A stretch of DNA of 64,000 bases from Stellaceae bacterium. GTDB taxonomy: Bacteria > Pseudomonadota > Alphaproteobacteria > ATCC43930 > CGMCC-115725. Where the stretch lies: NCBI GenBank assembly GCA_035555315.1, contig DATMGU010000060.1, forward strand, positions 74,612 to 138,611, given 5' to 3'. Positions 26,189-36,207 of the stretch are shown piece by piece (the first letter of the stretch is position 1; each line of letters opens with the position of its first letter). A program made the translations under genes and the position numbers. Below the pieces are notes generated by a model. It did not search any database. It was not told the origin of the DNA and worked only from the letters and a program-made list of their open reading frames with translations.

Positions 26189-26851
26189 GCCGAGACCGGT
26201 CGGCTCGAGAACCATCCAGCGATTGAAAATTCTTGCGATCCAGACATGTTCCGATGACTTCCCGAATCCGCCCGTTGCACCCGAGTATCGCCACGACCCG
26301 CGGCATATTTCGCTGGCTTGGCGCACCATCACCCGTTCGACCGGCACCGTTCCAAAGAACGGCGCGCCCGCCGATTTATTCCGCCTTCATCCCGCCGGCG
26401 CCATCCCCGCCGAGCCCCGACCAGAACGCAAAGCATTATGGTTAAAGCAGGGCGGATACATAACACGTCATGCGGTCCGATCCCGAGCGGCAATTAGCCC
26501 GGCGCCCTCGGCGCTCACGGGGGTTATCATCGCACCCGGATGGTTGATAAACCGTTGCGTTTGCCGTGTAGATTGGACAGACGCGCCGACGCTTCGGCAG
26601 CATCACCGCATCATGGTCGCAACGCCGCCGATCTGATGCGTCTCACCGATCGCGGCCGGCTGAAGGAGGGGCTGGCATCGTCGCGGTCGATCGGCGACGG
26701 CCGGCCTCGCCATCGCCGCGGAGTAGGAGCCCTCACCGCGCGCCCATTGGTTAATTTATCACCTTCTTAAGAGTATTCGGGCGACCTTTCGGCATCCACC
26801 ACCGGCAACTCGCCTCTGAAAGGTATAATCCGGGGCAATACCCGGAGAGCC

Positions 26852-29800
26852 ATGCGTATTTTTCGAGATCGCCTCACGACGTCCCCGTCGGAACGTGGTC
26901 GCACTGGCGGCATCACGCTGCTGGTGCTCCTGGCATGTCTATCCCTTGTCGGTCTGGAGACTTGGACGGCATGGCAGTCGCGCGACGAGCAGGTAACCGA
27001 AACGAGGGACAAGACCGACAATTTGGCGCGCGCGGCAGCCGAGCACACGGTGAGGTCGATCGAGGCCGTCGATCTGGTGCTGCGCGGCATGGCGGAACGC
27101 TTGGATCATGACGGTATTCCAGCGCAAGGCGATGGGCGCCTTCGCCAGCTTCTGGTCGATCGCGCCGGCACCTTGCCTCAAGTACAGTTTTTTTCGGTTA
27201 TCGATGACTCAGGCATGTGGCGCGTCACGTCGTCGGCCAGGCTATCGCCGCTCAGCCTCGCCGACCGACCCTATTTCCGGTTCCATCGCGACCATCCCGA
27301 AGCGGGGATGCAAATCGGCGGCCTGGTAAAGAGCCGCCTGGACGGCCGCTGGGTGATCACCGCCAGCCGCGGTTTCAAGCGGGCGGATGGCCAGTTCGGC
27401 GGTATCGTGCTGGCAGTTCTGGACCTCGAGTATTTCCGCCGGTTCTATCAGACCCTATCGATCGGCCGGGGCGGCATAATCGCCTTGTTTGACGATGGCG
27501 GGACCATGCTGACCCGTCACCCGTTTGTCGAGGAAGCGATCGGCCACGCCCTGACGAAGACCCTGATATACGGCAGCGAAACGGCCGGCGTGGAGAGTGC
27601 GAGCTTCTCCCACAAATCCACCGTCGATGGCGTCTATCGACAATACCGCTCCCGGCGCCTGCCGAACCTGCCCTTGACCATTGTCGCCGCCCTGGCACGG
27701 GACGAGGAACTCGCGGGGTGGCGCCGCACGACCATCGAGCACTTCCTCGGCGGTTCGATGGTTTGCCTGATCCTTATCGGTCTGGCGGTGCGCATCGACC
27801 GGCAGATCCGGCGACACAAACAGGCCGATCGCGAAGCCATCCACGCCAACGCCGAGTATCGACTGCTCGCCGACAGTGCCACCGACATGATCTTTCGGCT
27901 GGATCTGGATTTCGTGCGCCGCTATGTCTCGCCCGCCTCACGGGACATTCTCGGCTACGAACCCGAGGAATTGGTCGACACCAAACCCGTCGATATGATC
28001 CATCCGGAGGATGCCGAGCGAGTCGCCGCCACCTATCGAGCCCTAGCGGACGGGCAGGAGCACGGCAGCGTTACGAACCGCATCCGCCATCGGGATGGCC
28101 GGTGGATCTGGGTCGAGGTCACGCTGCGGCTGATCCGCGACGCCGATGGGCAGCCGAGCGGCATCATGGGCGCGCTGCGCGATATCAGCGTGCGCAAGGC
28201 CGCGGAATTGGAAGCGGCCAATGCCAATGCGCGCCTGACGGAAGCCAATCATCTGCTCCGCCGGACGGAGACGATCGGACATATCGGCCATTGGCGCTTT
28301 GATCTCCTCACGAACGATCTGCTGTGGTCGGAAGAGATCTATCGCATCTATGGCTTGCCGCTGACCTATCGGCCGACCGTCGAGACGGCGATCGACGCGT
28401 ACCATCCCGATGACCGGGAGTTGGTCGCGACGGCCTTCAACCGGGCAACCACCGAGGGAACTGCTTTCGAGATCGATGTCCGGCTGGTCCAGCCCGATGG
28501 ATCAGTTCGGAACGTCATCTCCACGGGGCAGTGCGACCATGATTCGGCGGGGCGTCTGATCGCCATCACGGGTGCTTTCCAGGATGTCACCGATCGCAAA
28601 CTGGCCGACTGGGAGCTGCGCCTCAGTCAAGAACGGCTGGCTCTGGTGTTGCAGGCGGCGAATCTGGCCACATGGCGTCTCGATCTCGCGGCGGGGACGC
28701 GTGAAGTCAGCGACCACTATCTGACACTGGCCGATTTTTCTCGCGAGGAATTCCCCAAGTCGATTACCGCCCTCTGGGACCACATCCATCCGGAGGATGG
28801 GCCCGTCGCGAAGCAGGCCTTCGCGGATCATGTCGCGGCGCGCAGCCCCCTCTTTGAAGTGGAGATGCGGTTTCGTCAGAAGGATGGCGGCTGGCGGTGG
28901 GTGCTGTCCCGCGGCGCCGTCGTCGAACGGGACGAGGCCGGCGAACCGCTGGTGGCATCCGGGATCCTGTTCGATATCAGCGAACGGCGAGAATTGACCG
29001 ATGCCCTGACCGCCGCGCGCGACGCCGCCGACCAGGCGAACCGGGCGAAATCGGATTTTCTCGCCAGCATGAGCCACGAGATCCGGACACCGATGAACGG
29101 TGTCATCGGCTTCGCTGACCTCCTGCTCGACGGAAAGCTCGACCAGGAGCAGCAGCGGAACGCCACCTTGCTGAAAGAGGCGGGAAAATCCCTGCTCGCG
29201 ATCATCAACGACATCCTCGATGTATCGAAGATCGAAGCCGGCAAACTCGACCTCGAGCATATCCCGATCTGCCTTTCCGAAATCGCCGATGGGACGGTCT
29301 CGATCCTGCGAGCCCAGGCGATCGCCAAGGGGATCGATCTGCATCTGGATATCGACCGAAATCTGCCGTCTTGGGTGAAGGGCGACCCGACCAGACTGCG
29401 CCAGATCCTGCTCAATCTGATGAACAATGCGATCAAGTTCACCGAGCGGGGTAGCGTCACCGTTCGAGCGCTCCGCGAGGTTGGCCCGGCCGGCGCCATG
29501 GCGCGATTCGAGGTCTCGGACACGGGCATCGGCGTTCCATCGGATAAGCTCGATCGCCTCTTCCAGACCTTCTCCCAGGTCAACCGGTCGACCAGCCGGC
29601 ACTATGGCGGCACCGGTCTTGGCCTGGTCATCTCCAAACGCCTGGCCGAGGCGATGGGCGGCGAGATCGGCGTTACCAGCGAGTTCGGCAGCGGCAGCAC
29701 CTTCTGGTTCACGATCACGGCCGAGGCGTGCCCCGCGCCCGACAGAAGCCGGACCGAGGCACGACAGCACCCAACCGCGGCGGCGCGCATTCTCGTCGCC

Positions 29801-30514
29801 GAAGATCTCTACATGAACCAGGTCATCATCGACTCCCTGCTTCGAGCGGATGGCCACGAAGTGGTGCTGGTGGCCAATGGCGCGGAAGCCGTCGAGGCCG
29901 TTCAAACCAGCGATTTCGATCTGGTCCTGATGGACATGCAGATGCCGGTCATGGACGGTATCCAGGCGACGCGGATGATTCGCGGCCTCAATGAACGCGT
30001 CCGCAGCATTCCGATCATCGCGTTGACCGCCAATGCCATGACGGACGACATTTCGGCGTGCACGGCCGCGGGCATGAACGGCCACCTGGCAAAGCCGATC
30101 GATCGGGAAGCCTTGTCGCGCATCGTCGCGGAATGGACCGGTCGGGGCACACGGTCCCCCGGCACCGAAATGCCGGCGAGTTTGGCGACCGTCAACGCCC
30201 CCGTGCTGCATGAGTTGGAAGACCGGCTTGGCAAGGATAAAGTCGCACTCTTTGTGAAGATGTTCAGAGAGCAGCTCGTGAAGACGATGGCGGCGATCGC
30301 CGCGGCCGAGGATGCGCAGACCTTGGTGCGCGAGGCCCATGTCCTGATTTCCATGTCGGGCAATCTCGGCTTCACCGAACTCATGACGCGCAGCCGTGAG
30401 CTCATGGACGCCGCCAAGCGCGGCGCCCCCGATCTATCCGGCCTGGTGGCGGTCCTGGAAGCCGCAGCCCACCGGGCGCAATCCGCCATGAACACGCGGT
30501 ATCCCACATCATGA
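26852..30514 (+). CDS. hybrid sensor histidine kinase/response regulator with HPt domain
   Basis: 1220 aa. From N to C it has a TM helix, a Cache-like periplasmic domain, a second TM helix and three PAS-like repeats. These are followed by the H-box [11 protein letters not shown], the N/G boxes [15 protein letters not shown] and GGTGLGL, a receiver ([13 protein letters not shown] ... LAKP) and a C-terminal HPt ([12 protein letters not shown]). Confidence 0.9.
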   Translation: MRIFRDRLTTSPSERGRTGGITLLVLLACLSLVGLETWTAWQSRDEQVTETRDKTDNLARAAAEHTVRSIEAVDLVLRGMAERLDHDGIPAQGDGRLRQLLVDRAGTLPQVQFFSVIDDSGMWRVTSSARLSPLSLADRPYFRFHRDHPEAGMQIGGLVKSRLDGRWVITASRGFKRADGQFGGIVLAVLDLEYFRRFYQTLSIGRGGIIALFDDGGTMLTRHPFVEEAIGHALTKTLIYGSETAGVESASFSHKSTVDGVYRQYRSRRLPNLPLTIVAALARDEELAGWRRTTIEHFLGGSMVCLILIGLAVRIDRQIRRHKQADREAIHANAEYRLLADSATDMIFRLDLDFVRRYVSPASRDILGYEPEELVDTKPVDMIHPEDAERVAATYRALADGQEHGSVTNRIRHRDGRWIWVEVTLRLIRDADGQPSGIMGALRDISVRKAAELEAANANARLTEANHLLRRTETIGHIGHWRFDLLTNDLLWSEEIYRIYGLPLTYRPTVETAIDAYHPDDRELVATAFNRATTEGTAFEIDVRLVQPDGSVRNVISTGQCDHDSAGRLIAITGAFQDVTDRKLADWELRLSQERLALVLQAANLATWRLDLAAGTREVSDHYLTLADFSREEFPKSITALWDHIHPEDGPVAKQAFADHVAARSPLFEVEMRFRQKDGGWRWVLSRGAVVERDEAGEPLVASGILFDISERRELTDALTAARDAADQANRAKSDFLASMSHEIRTPMNGVIGFADLLLDGKLDQEQQRNATLLKEAGKSLLAIINDILDVSKIEAGKLDLEHIPICLSEIADGTVSILRAQAIAKGIDLHLDIDRNLPSWVKGDPTRLRQILLNLMNNAIKFTERGSVTVRALREVGPAGAMARFEVSDTGIGVPSDKLDRLFQTFSQVNRSTSRHYGGTGLGLVISKRLAEAMGGEIGVTSEFGSGSTFWFTITAEACPAPDRSRTEARQHPTAAARILVAEDLYMNQVIIDSLLRADGHEVVLVANGAEAVEAVQTSDFDLVLMDMQMPVMDGIQATRMIRGLNERVRSIPIIALTANAMTDDISACTAAGMNGHLAKPIDREALSRIVAEWTGRGTRSPGTEMPASLATVNAPVLHELEDRLGKDKVALFVKMFREQLVKTMAAIAAAEDAQTLVREAHVLISMSGNLGFTELMTRSRELMDAAKRGAPDLSGLVAVLEAAAHRAQSAMNTRYPTS

Positions 30515-31308
30515 TCGATCCCATGGAGACCTTGCACAAGGCGAACGGCACCGTGTTGATCATCGATGACGATCCCATCGCGGCGCAGCTCTACGCCGCG
30601 ATCATCGAGGCCACGGGGTATGCGGTTCGGATTGCGACACCCGCCGCCGCTTATCTCAAGGCATTGGCGGCAGAGGATGCGGAGCCCACGGCCATCCTTC
30701 TCGACATTGCCATGTCCGAGGACGGCAACCCCCAGGATGACAGCCTCGACATCATGCGGGCGCTCGCGGGGCGGCAATGCCGCTCGCCGCTCTTCATCAT
30801 GGCCGATGGAAGGTCACACTACCTGGAGGTGGTCCTGGAGCTCGGACGCATGTGGGGCCTGAATCTGATCGACGCGCTGCCCAAGCCACTCGATCCGGAT
30901 CGGCTTCGCCGACACATGGAAATGCTCCACGCGCGAAACGCCGGTACCACGACCGGCGATCGACCAAGGGTCGTCCTTCTGGTCGATGATGACGAGTTGG
31001 TGCTCTTGGTCGCGACCGAGACTCTGACCCGTGCCGGCTTCGAGGTTCGGACGGCTGCCGACGGCATGGAGGCGCTGGATCACCTCAGACAGTATGGCCT
31101 GGTCGATCTCTTGTTCACCGATGTCGACATGCCGCGGATGGACGGCGTGGCGCTCGCCCTCGCGGCGCAGAAGCTGTTCCCCGAGATCAAAATCCTGTTC
31201 ACCTCGGGCAAGATCGATCATCCGCCGATCAACAAGGCGCGATTCATTTCTAAACCCTGGGGTATCGACGAGCTGGTCGCCGCGGCGCAGTCGGCGATAG
31301 CGCTCTAG
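30511..31308 (+). CDS. tandem-receiver response regulator without output domain
   Basis: The ATG overlaps the kinase stop (ATGA). There are two REC modules: IIDDDP...LLDIAM...LPKP and LVDDDE...FTDVDMPRMDG...ISKP. Confidence 0.8.
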   Translation: MIDPMETLHKANGTVLIIDDDPIAAQLYAAIIEATGYAVRIATPAAAYLKALAAEDAEPTAILLDIAMSEDGNPQDDSLDIMRALAGRQCRSPLFIMADGRSHYLEVVLELGRMWGLNLIDALPKPLDPDRLRRHMEMLHARNAGTTTGDRPRVVLLVDDDELVLLVATETLTRAGFEVRTAADGMEALDHLRQYGLVDLLFTDVDMPRMDGVALALAAQKLFPEIKILFTSGKIDHPPINKARFISKPWGIDELVAAAQSAIAL

Positions 31309-31316
31309 GCGGCGTC

Positions 31317-32492
31317 CTAAACAGTCTCCAGCACCCGGCCGAATGCCTCGGCGAAGGCGGTGCGTTCGGGGGGCGTGCCGACGGTCACGCGGATGAGACG
31401 GTCGAGCGGCGCCACGCCCGGCGTGCGAATGAACACGCCTTCCCGCTCCAGCAATGCCGCGAGCACCGCCTTGGCGCGGGTCGAGTCGCCGAGATCCATC
31501 GCGACGAAATTGGTTGCCGAGGGCAAGGCATCGAGCCCGTGATGCGCCGCCAACGCCGCGAGCTCCCGCCGTCCCGCCGCCACCGCCTCGACCACACCCG
31601 CGACATGGTCGACATCGCCGAGCGAGGCCAGGGCGGCGGCCAGCGCCAGGCGCGTCATGCCGAAATGATTGCGGATCTTGTCGAAGGTCGCGATCAGCGG
31701 CACGGCGCCGATCGCATAGCCGACCCTGAGACCGGCCAGGCCATGGGCCTTGGAAAACGTCCTGAGCCGGATCACCCTAGGATCGTCGGCGGCGAGGATC
31801 GGCAACGCCTCGGCCGGCGCGAATTCGGCATAGGCCTCGTCCAGCACGAGAAGGGTGCCGGGAGGGAGGGCGTCGAGCAAAGCCAGAACCGCGTCGCCGT
31901 CGAGCCAACTGCCGGTCGGATTGTCGGGGTTGGAGAGATAGACGAGCCGTGCGGCGGTACGATGGGCGGCATCGGCCAGCGCCTGCCAGTCATTATGGTA
32001 ATGCGCCGTATCGCCGGCGGTGCCATAGGCCGGCCGCTCCAGCACCCCGCCATAGCCGATCACATGATAGGCGAAGGTCGGATAGGCCCCGGCGGACATC
32101 ACCGCGGTATCGCCAGGATTCATATGGGCGCGGACGATCAGCCCGAGCAACTCGTCGATGCCGGACCCGAGCACGATCGCATCGGCCGCAACGCCGTGGT
32201 GCCCGGCCAGCGCATGGCGCAACTCGAACCCTTCGGGATCGCCGTACCAGGAGACCCGCGGCGCCGCGTCGGCCAGCGCGGCGATCGCCCGGGCGGAGGG
32301 GCCGAACGCGCTTTCATTGGCGCCGAGACGCAGGGTAAGGGAGCGGTCCGCGCGCCGCTCCAACGCCTCGGGCGGGACGAAGGGCACGGTGGCCGGCAGG
32401 GCGCCGACGACGCGCGACAAAACTGGCATGGCACGGGCGGAAGGCACGGGCATGATAGGCGGAGACATCCTGGCAGGGATCGCGGCCGACAA
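31317..32492 (-). CDS. histidinol-phosphate aminotransferase family (class I/II PLP aminotransferase)
   Basis: Contains LGANESAFGPS and the PLP-lysine motif FSKAHGLAGLRVGYAIG. Several in-frame ATGs (32492, 32468, 32453, 32429) leave the start uncertain. Confidence 0.75.
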   Translation of the reverse strand: MSAAIPARMSPPIMPVPSARAMPVLSRVVGALPATVPFVPPEALERRADRSLTLRLGANESAFGPSARAIAALADAAPRVSWYGDPEGFELRHALAGHHGVAADAIVLGSGIDELLGLIVRAHMNPGDTAVMSAGAYPTFAYHVIGYGGVLERPAYGTAGDTAHYHNDWQALADAAHRTAARLVYLSNPDNPTGSWLDGDAVLALLDALPPGTLLVLDEAYAEFAPAEALPILAADDPRVIRLRTFSKAHGLAGLRVGYAIGAVPLIATFDKIRNHFGMTRLALAAALASLGDVDHVAGVVEAVAAGRRELAALAAHHGLDALPSATNFVAMDLGDSTRAKAVLAALLEREGVFIRTPGVAPLDRLIRVTVGTPPERTAFAEAFGRVLETV

Positions 32493-32663
32493 GGATCGCC
32501 ACTAACGAGGACCGTGCCGCCCACGGCGAACGATCGGACGAACGATCACGGGGTCATCGATGCCGGCGCCCAGCACCCGAGAGCGGGCCGGCCATTGGAT
32601 CGCGGGATAGCGCCGGTCAACGGTGTCATCCCGGCGCTACGGAAGATTTCGCAAACGGGCCGT

Positions 32664-32909
32664 TCAGCTTGCCTTACGGTCCGAGATCGAGGCCGAGACG
32701 CCCGGCGTCGCCGCGGTGCGTTGAGCCTCGACACCCGGGGCCGAAGCCGTGGCCGTCTCGTCCGGCTTGTCCTCGTCCCGCATACCGGCCTTGAACGCCT
32801 TGATGCCCTTGGCGAAATCGCCCATCACGTTAGGCAGGCGGCCGGCTCCGAAGACGATCAGAATGATCGCCAGAACCAGCAGCCAGTGAAACACGCTCAT
32901 CGAACCCAT
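32664..32909 (-). CDS. tatA: twin-arginine translocase subunit TatA/E
   Basis: [43 protein letters not shown] is a canonical TatA TM helix plus amphipathic helix. The start is taken at ATG 32909. Confidence 0.85.
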   Translation of the reverse strand: MGSMSVFHWLLVLAIILIVFGAGRLPNVMGDFAKGIKAFKAGMRDEDKPDETATASAPGVEAQRTAATPGVSASISDRKAS

Positions 32910-33092
32910 GGCATTAATCCTCGGTATAGCGGCCTTTGCTTGCACAGAAACCTAGCACATCGGGTCTGTCCAGCCGAATCGCTAAACGGGGCCATCAAAC
33001 CGCGCCGCTTCCCTGTCATGTCGGTTGCGGCCCTTCGATTTGCAACCGGCCGCCGATGGTGCCGGGCGGCGGGTCGGCCCGGCTCCCGACAT

Positions 33093-33149
33093 CGGCCCCT
33101 GAGTCTTTGCCGGCCCCTGGGTCTATTGTCGGCCCCTGGGTCTATTTGG
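33093..33149. repeat. tandem direct repeat, 18-20 bp unit x 3 (CGGCCCCTGGGTCTATTG-like)
   Basis: The units are cggcccctgagtctttgc, cggcccctgggtctattgt and cggcccctgggtctatttgg. The array ends 33 nt upstream of ATG 33183. Confidence 0.85.
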
Positions 33150-33182
33150 CAGCGGCATCACCGACTGATATGGTCCGCCCCC

Positions 33183-34340
33183 ATGCCACGAATTGGATAT
33201 AGCACCTGGCGAAAGCTCGCGGAGCGGCGGTTGGCGACAACCGCGGCGGCGACGTTGGGCGCGGGTGCGATCGTGGGGGCCGTGATCCTCATAGGCTGGC
33301 AGGGGCAATGGCTGTCCTGGATGCCTCACGCACCGGCGCTCTGGGGGGGCGGGACGCACAGGGCCGGCGTCACGGTCCGCTTGCCACCCCCCGTTCAGGA
33401 CGTGTCGCCCTCCCTCGCGATCCCGACGCCCCGGAATGTCGAGATCCCGGGCCAGCCGGCCGATCCGCCGACCACTGACCAAAAGCTGGCCGGCCAACCG
33501 CCGGGCGACCAGCCGCCAGGCGACCAGCCCCCGGGCGAGCAACAAGCTGGTGCCGCTTCCGCCGGCGTCCGGCTCTCCCCGCTGCCGGAGATGACGGTCG
33601 GCATGCGTGTGGCGAAACCGGTTCCCGTCGATCGAAGCGGACCGCCGGCCGCCGATAGTTTCGGACCGGCCAATACCAACCACACACTCGTCGCCCCCGC
33701 GGGATTGGCCACCATTGGACAAGCCGCGGCGGCGCCCAGACCAACCTCCGCGGCCCCGATATCGCGCGCGCCGATAGCGGTACCCCCACCTGATCGGGCA
33801 ATCCCAGACCGGACAATCCCAGACCGGGCAACCTCAAACTGGGCAACCCAGCCTGTACCGACACCCACAGCACCCGGTCCCAGCCCCGGCCGCGCGCCAT
33901 CCGTGGCGGCGTTGCCGCCGGGTGCCGCCACGGCCGCGCCACCGGCGACGGTCAATGTTCCCCGCCAATTCTCCGGCGCCGCGCGCGCGACCGGCGCCGT
34001 CAGCCTGACGGTCAACAACATTCAGGTGCAGTTGTTCGGCATTCGCCCGGCGGAGGGCAACGACCGCTGCGGCGGTACGGCGCCGGGTTCCTGCGCCGGG
34101 ACGGCGGCGGCGGCGCTCGCCCAGCGCCTGGCGACCAATCCGGCGGTGTCGTGCCGCGTGCCATCGAGCCATGGCGGCTTGCAGGTTCCGGCGATCTGCC
34201 GGGACGCGCTGGGCACCGATTTATCGAATTATCTGGTGGGCGAAGGTCTGGCCTTGGCGGACCAGGCACAGAGCCTGGATTACGTGAGTGCCGAAGCCGG
34301 TGCGCGGGCGGCGAAACGCGGTCTCTGGGCCAGCCGTTGA
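33183..34340 (+). CDS. membrane-anchored proline-rich protein with C-terminal SNase (thermonuclease)-like domain
   Basis: From ATG 33183 the protein has an N-terminal TM helix (ATLGAGAIVGAVILIGW) and a long Pro-rich repeat region. The C-terminus (VQLFGIRPAE...CRV...ICRDALGTDLSNYLVGEGLALA...AKRGLWAS) follows the SNase-like fold pattern. The low-complexity middle makes the coding call less certain. Confidence 0.6.
   Translation: MPRIGYSTWRKLAERRLATTAAATLGAGAIVGAVILIGWQGQWLSWMPHAPALWGGGTHRAGVTVRLPPPVQDVSPSLAIPTPRNVEIPGQPADPPTTDQKLAGQPPGDQPPGDQPPGEQQAGAASAGVRLSPLPEMTVGMRVAKPVPVDRSGPPAADSFGPANTNHTLVAPAGLATIGQAAAAPRPTSAAPISRAPIAVPPPDRAIPDRTIPDRATSNWATQPVPTPTAPGPSPGRAPSVAALPPGAATAAPPATVNVPRQFSGAARATGAVSLTVNNIQVQLFGIRPAEGNDRCGGTAPGSCAGTAAAALAQRLATNPAVSCRVPSSHGGLQVPAICRDALGTDLSNYLVGEGLALADQAQSLDYVSAEAGARAAKRGLWASR
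33495..33539 (+). repeat. 15-bp in-frame tandem repeat x3 encoding QPPGD-QPPGD-QPPGE
   Basis: The units are caaccgccgggcgac, cagccgccaggcgac and cagcccccgggcgag, inside the proline-rich protein. Confidence 0.85.
33799..33843 (+). repeat. 15-bp in-frame tandem repeat x3 (AIPDR-TIPDR-like)
   Basis: The units are caatcccagaccgga, caatcccagaccggg and caacctcaaactggg, inside the proline-rich protein. Confidence 0.85.
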
Positions 34341-34529
34341 TCGGCATGACTCACCATTCTAGAAGGGCGGCCCGCCAAGGGCCTGCTGAGGGTTGCGCCC
34401 AGGCCGATTTGCCGGTAAGCCCGATCTCATGCCGATCTTTCACCTCCACGCTCTGGTTTGCGACAGCGCTCTCCCCCTCGGGGCGATAGCGCCTGGCGTT
34501 TTCACAAACGCCGGCACGACCCTCCGAAG

Positions 34530-35258
34530 ATGAGTACCGAGCTGGTTCATGGTGGCAATTTCACCGTCATGATCGTGCGCGTCACCGATCCCGGCGACCC
34601 GTCTTTCGAAGGCCGGCTGGCCGAGCAGATCGCCCGCAGCCCCGGCTTTTTCGCCAATGCGCCGGTGGTCCTCGACCTCAAGGACGCGTCGGGCTGTGCC
34701 ACGGCGGATGCGTTTCATGGCTTGCGCCGGCTGCTGAAGCGCCAGCATCTGATCGCCGTCGGTATCCAGAACGCCAACGCGACGCAGGTGCGCGCGGCGA
34801 TGAACGCCGATCTGGCCGCGTTTCCGGCGGCCGGCGCCGGCCGCCGCGCGGATGCCGAAACCGCCGCCTTGCCGGAGCGTACGGTGCCGGCCCGACCGGC
34901 GCCCCCGCCGTTGCAGCCGCCCTCGAGTCCGAACCGCACGAAAATCGTCACCCAGCCGGTGCGATCGGGTACCCAGATCTATGCGCGGGGCGGCGATCTG
35001 GTGGTGCTGGCCGCGGTCAGCCCGGGTGCCGAGGTCATCGCCGACGGTCATGTGCATATCTATGGCGCGCTGCGCGGTCGGGCGATCGCCGGGGCGACGG
35101 GCGATACCGAGGCGCGGATCTTCGTCGGCCGGCTGGAAGCGGAACTCGTCTGCGTCGCGGGCCATTATCTGGTGAGCGAGGCCATTGAGCCCAGCTTCCT
35201 CAAGCAACCCGTTCAGGTGTCGCTGATCGACGATCGACTGACGATCTCGCGGACCTGA
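34530..35258 (+). CDS. minC: septum site-determining protein MinC
   Basis: The C-terminal beta-helix region VRSGTQIYARGGDLVVLAAVSPGAEVIADGHVHIYGALRGRAIAG matches MinC, and the gene lies upstream of minDE. The start is taken at ATG 34530. Confidence 0.85.
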   Translation: MSTELVHGGNFTVMIVRVTDPGDPSFEGRLAEQIARSPGFFANAPVVLDLKDASGCATADAFHGLRRLLKRQHLIAVGIQNANATQVRAAMNADLAAFPAAGAGRRADAETAALPERTVPARPAPPPLQPPSSPNRTKIVTQPVRSGTQIYARGGDLVVLAAVSPGAEVIADGHVHIYGALRGRAIAGATGDTEARIFVGRLEAELVCVAGHYLVSEAIEPSFLKQPVQVSLIDDRLTISRT

Positions 35259-35394
35259 CCAACTTTGTATTGTATAAGGCCGACGGCGCGTCCCCGGCCT
35301 TGGATTATCGGTATGGCGCCCGCACCGTTCGATCGGGAAGGGTGCCGCACCGCAGAGTGACGAGCATTATCCGCGAGAGTCGCGAGGAGGAATT

Positions 35395-36207
35395 TTGTCG
35401 AAGGTCATTACAGTCACATCCGGCAAAGGCGGTGTCGGCAAGACGACCACCTCGGCGGCGTTCGCGACCGGGTTGGCCCAGCGGGGCCACAAGACCGTCG
35501 TCGTCGATTTCGATGTGGGCCTGCGCAACCTGGACCTGATCATGGGATGCGAGCGGCGGGTCGTGTTCGATTTCATCAATGTGATCAACGGCGACGCCAA
35601 CCTCAATCAAGCCTTGATCAAGGACAAGCGGGTCGACAACCTGTACATTTTCCCGACGTCCCAGACGCGCGACAAGGATGCCTTGCGCAAGGATGGCGTC
35701 GAGAAAATTATGGACGAGTTGCGTGACAACTTCGAGTACATCGTCTGCGATAGTCCGGCGGGCATCGAACAAGGAGCCATGTCAGCGTTGTATCATGCCG
35801 ATGCGGCGATCATCGTGACCAACCCGGAGGTCTCGTCGGTCCGTGACAGCGACCGGATCCTCGGCATGCTCGCCTCGAAATCCCGCCGCGCCGAACTGAA
35901 CCAACCGCCGGTCGAGGAATTTCTGCTGCTGACCCGTTACGCACCCGACCGGGTCGCCCGTGGCGAGATGTTGAGCATCACCGATGTGCAGGAAATTCTG
36001 TCGGTGCCGTTGCTTGGCGTCATCCCCGAATCGGAGACCGTCCTGAAGGCGTCCAACACCGGGCAGCCGGTCATCCTGGACGCCGAAAGCACGGCCGGCC
36101 GCGCCTATAGCGACGCCGTGGCCCGCTTCCTGGGCGAACAGCGCGAAATGCGATTCTTGACGACCGAACGTAAAGGCTTGCTGCGCAGCTTGTTTGGAAA
36201 AGCCTGA
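35395..36207 (+). CDS. minD: septum site-determining ATPase MinD
   Basis: The deviant Walker A SGKGGVGKTT is present. The start is TTG, preceded by a GAGGAGG Shine-Dalgarno. The C-terminal amphipathic helix is KGLLRSLFGKA. Confidence 0.95.
   Translation: MSKVITVTSGKGGVGKTTTSAAFATGLAQRGHKTVVVDFDVGLRNLDLIMGCERRVVFDFINVINGDANLNQALIKDKRVDNLYIFPTSQTRDKDALRKDGVEKIMDELRDNFEYIVCDSPAGIEQGAMSALYHADAAIIVTNPEVSSVRDSDRILGMLASKSRRAELNQPPVEEFLLLTRYAPDRVARGEMLSITDVQEILSVPLLGVIPESETVLKASNTGQPVILDAESTAGRAYSDAVARFLGEQREMRFLTTERKGLLRSLFGKA

Noticed and set aside
26187-26770. 149-aa and 76-aa plus-strand ORFs in the long intergenic gap
   Set aside because: They have no Shine-Dalgarno and no recognisable motif, and their Arg/Pro-rich composition is typical of random GC-rich frames. 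They are kept only as part of the long-gap observation.
28502-30340. 612-aa minus-strand ORF
   Set aside because: It is antisense to the catalytic core of the hybrid histidine kinase, whose H, N and G boxes are unambiguous in the plus frame.
31539-33182. Upstream two thirds of the 933-aa plus-strand ORF (31539-34340)
   Set aside because: This part is antisense to the HisC-like gene and tatA, and its translation is Arg/Gly-rich nonsense. Only the portion from ATG 33183 (TM helix, Pro-rich region, SNase-like domain) looks genuine.
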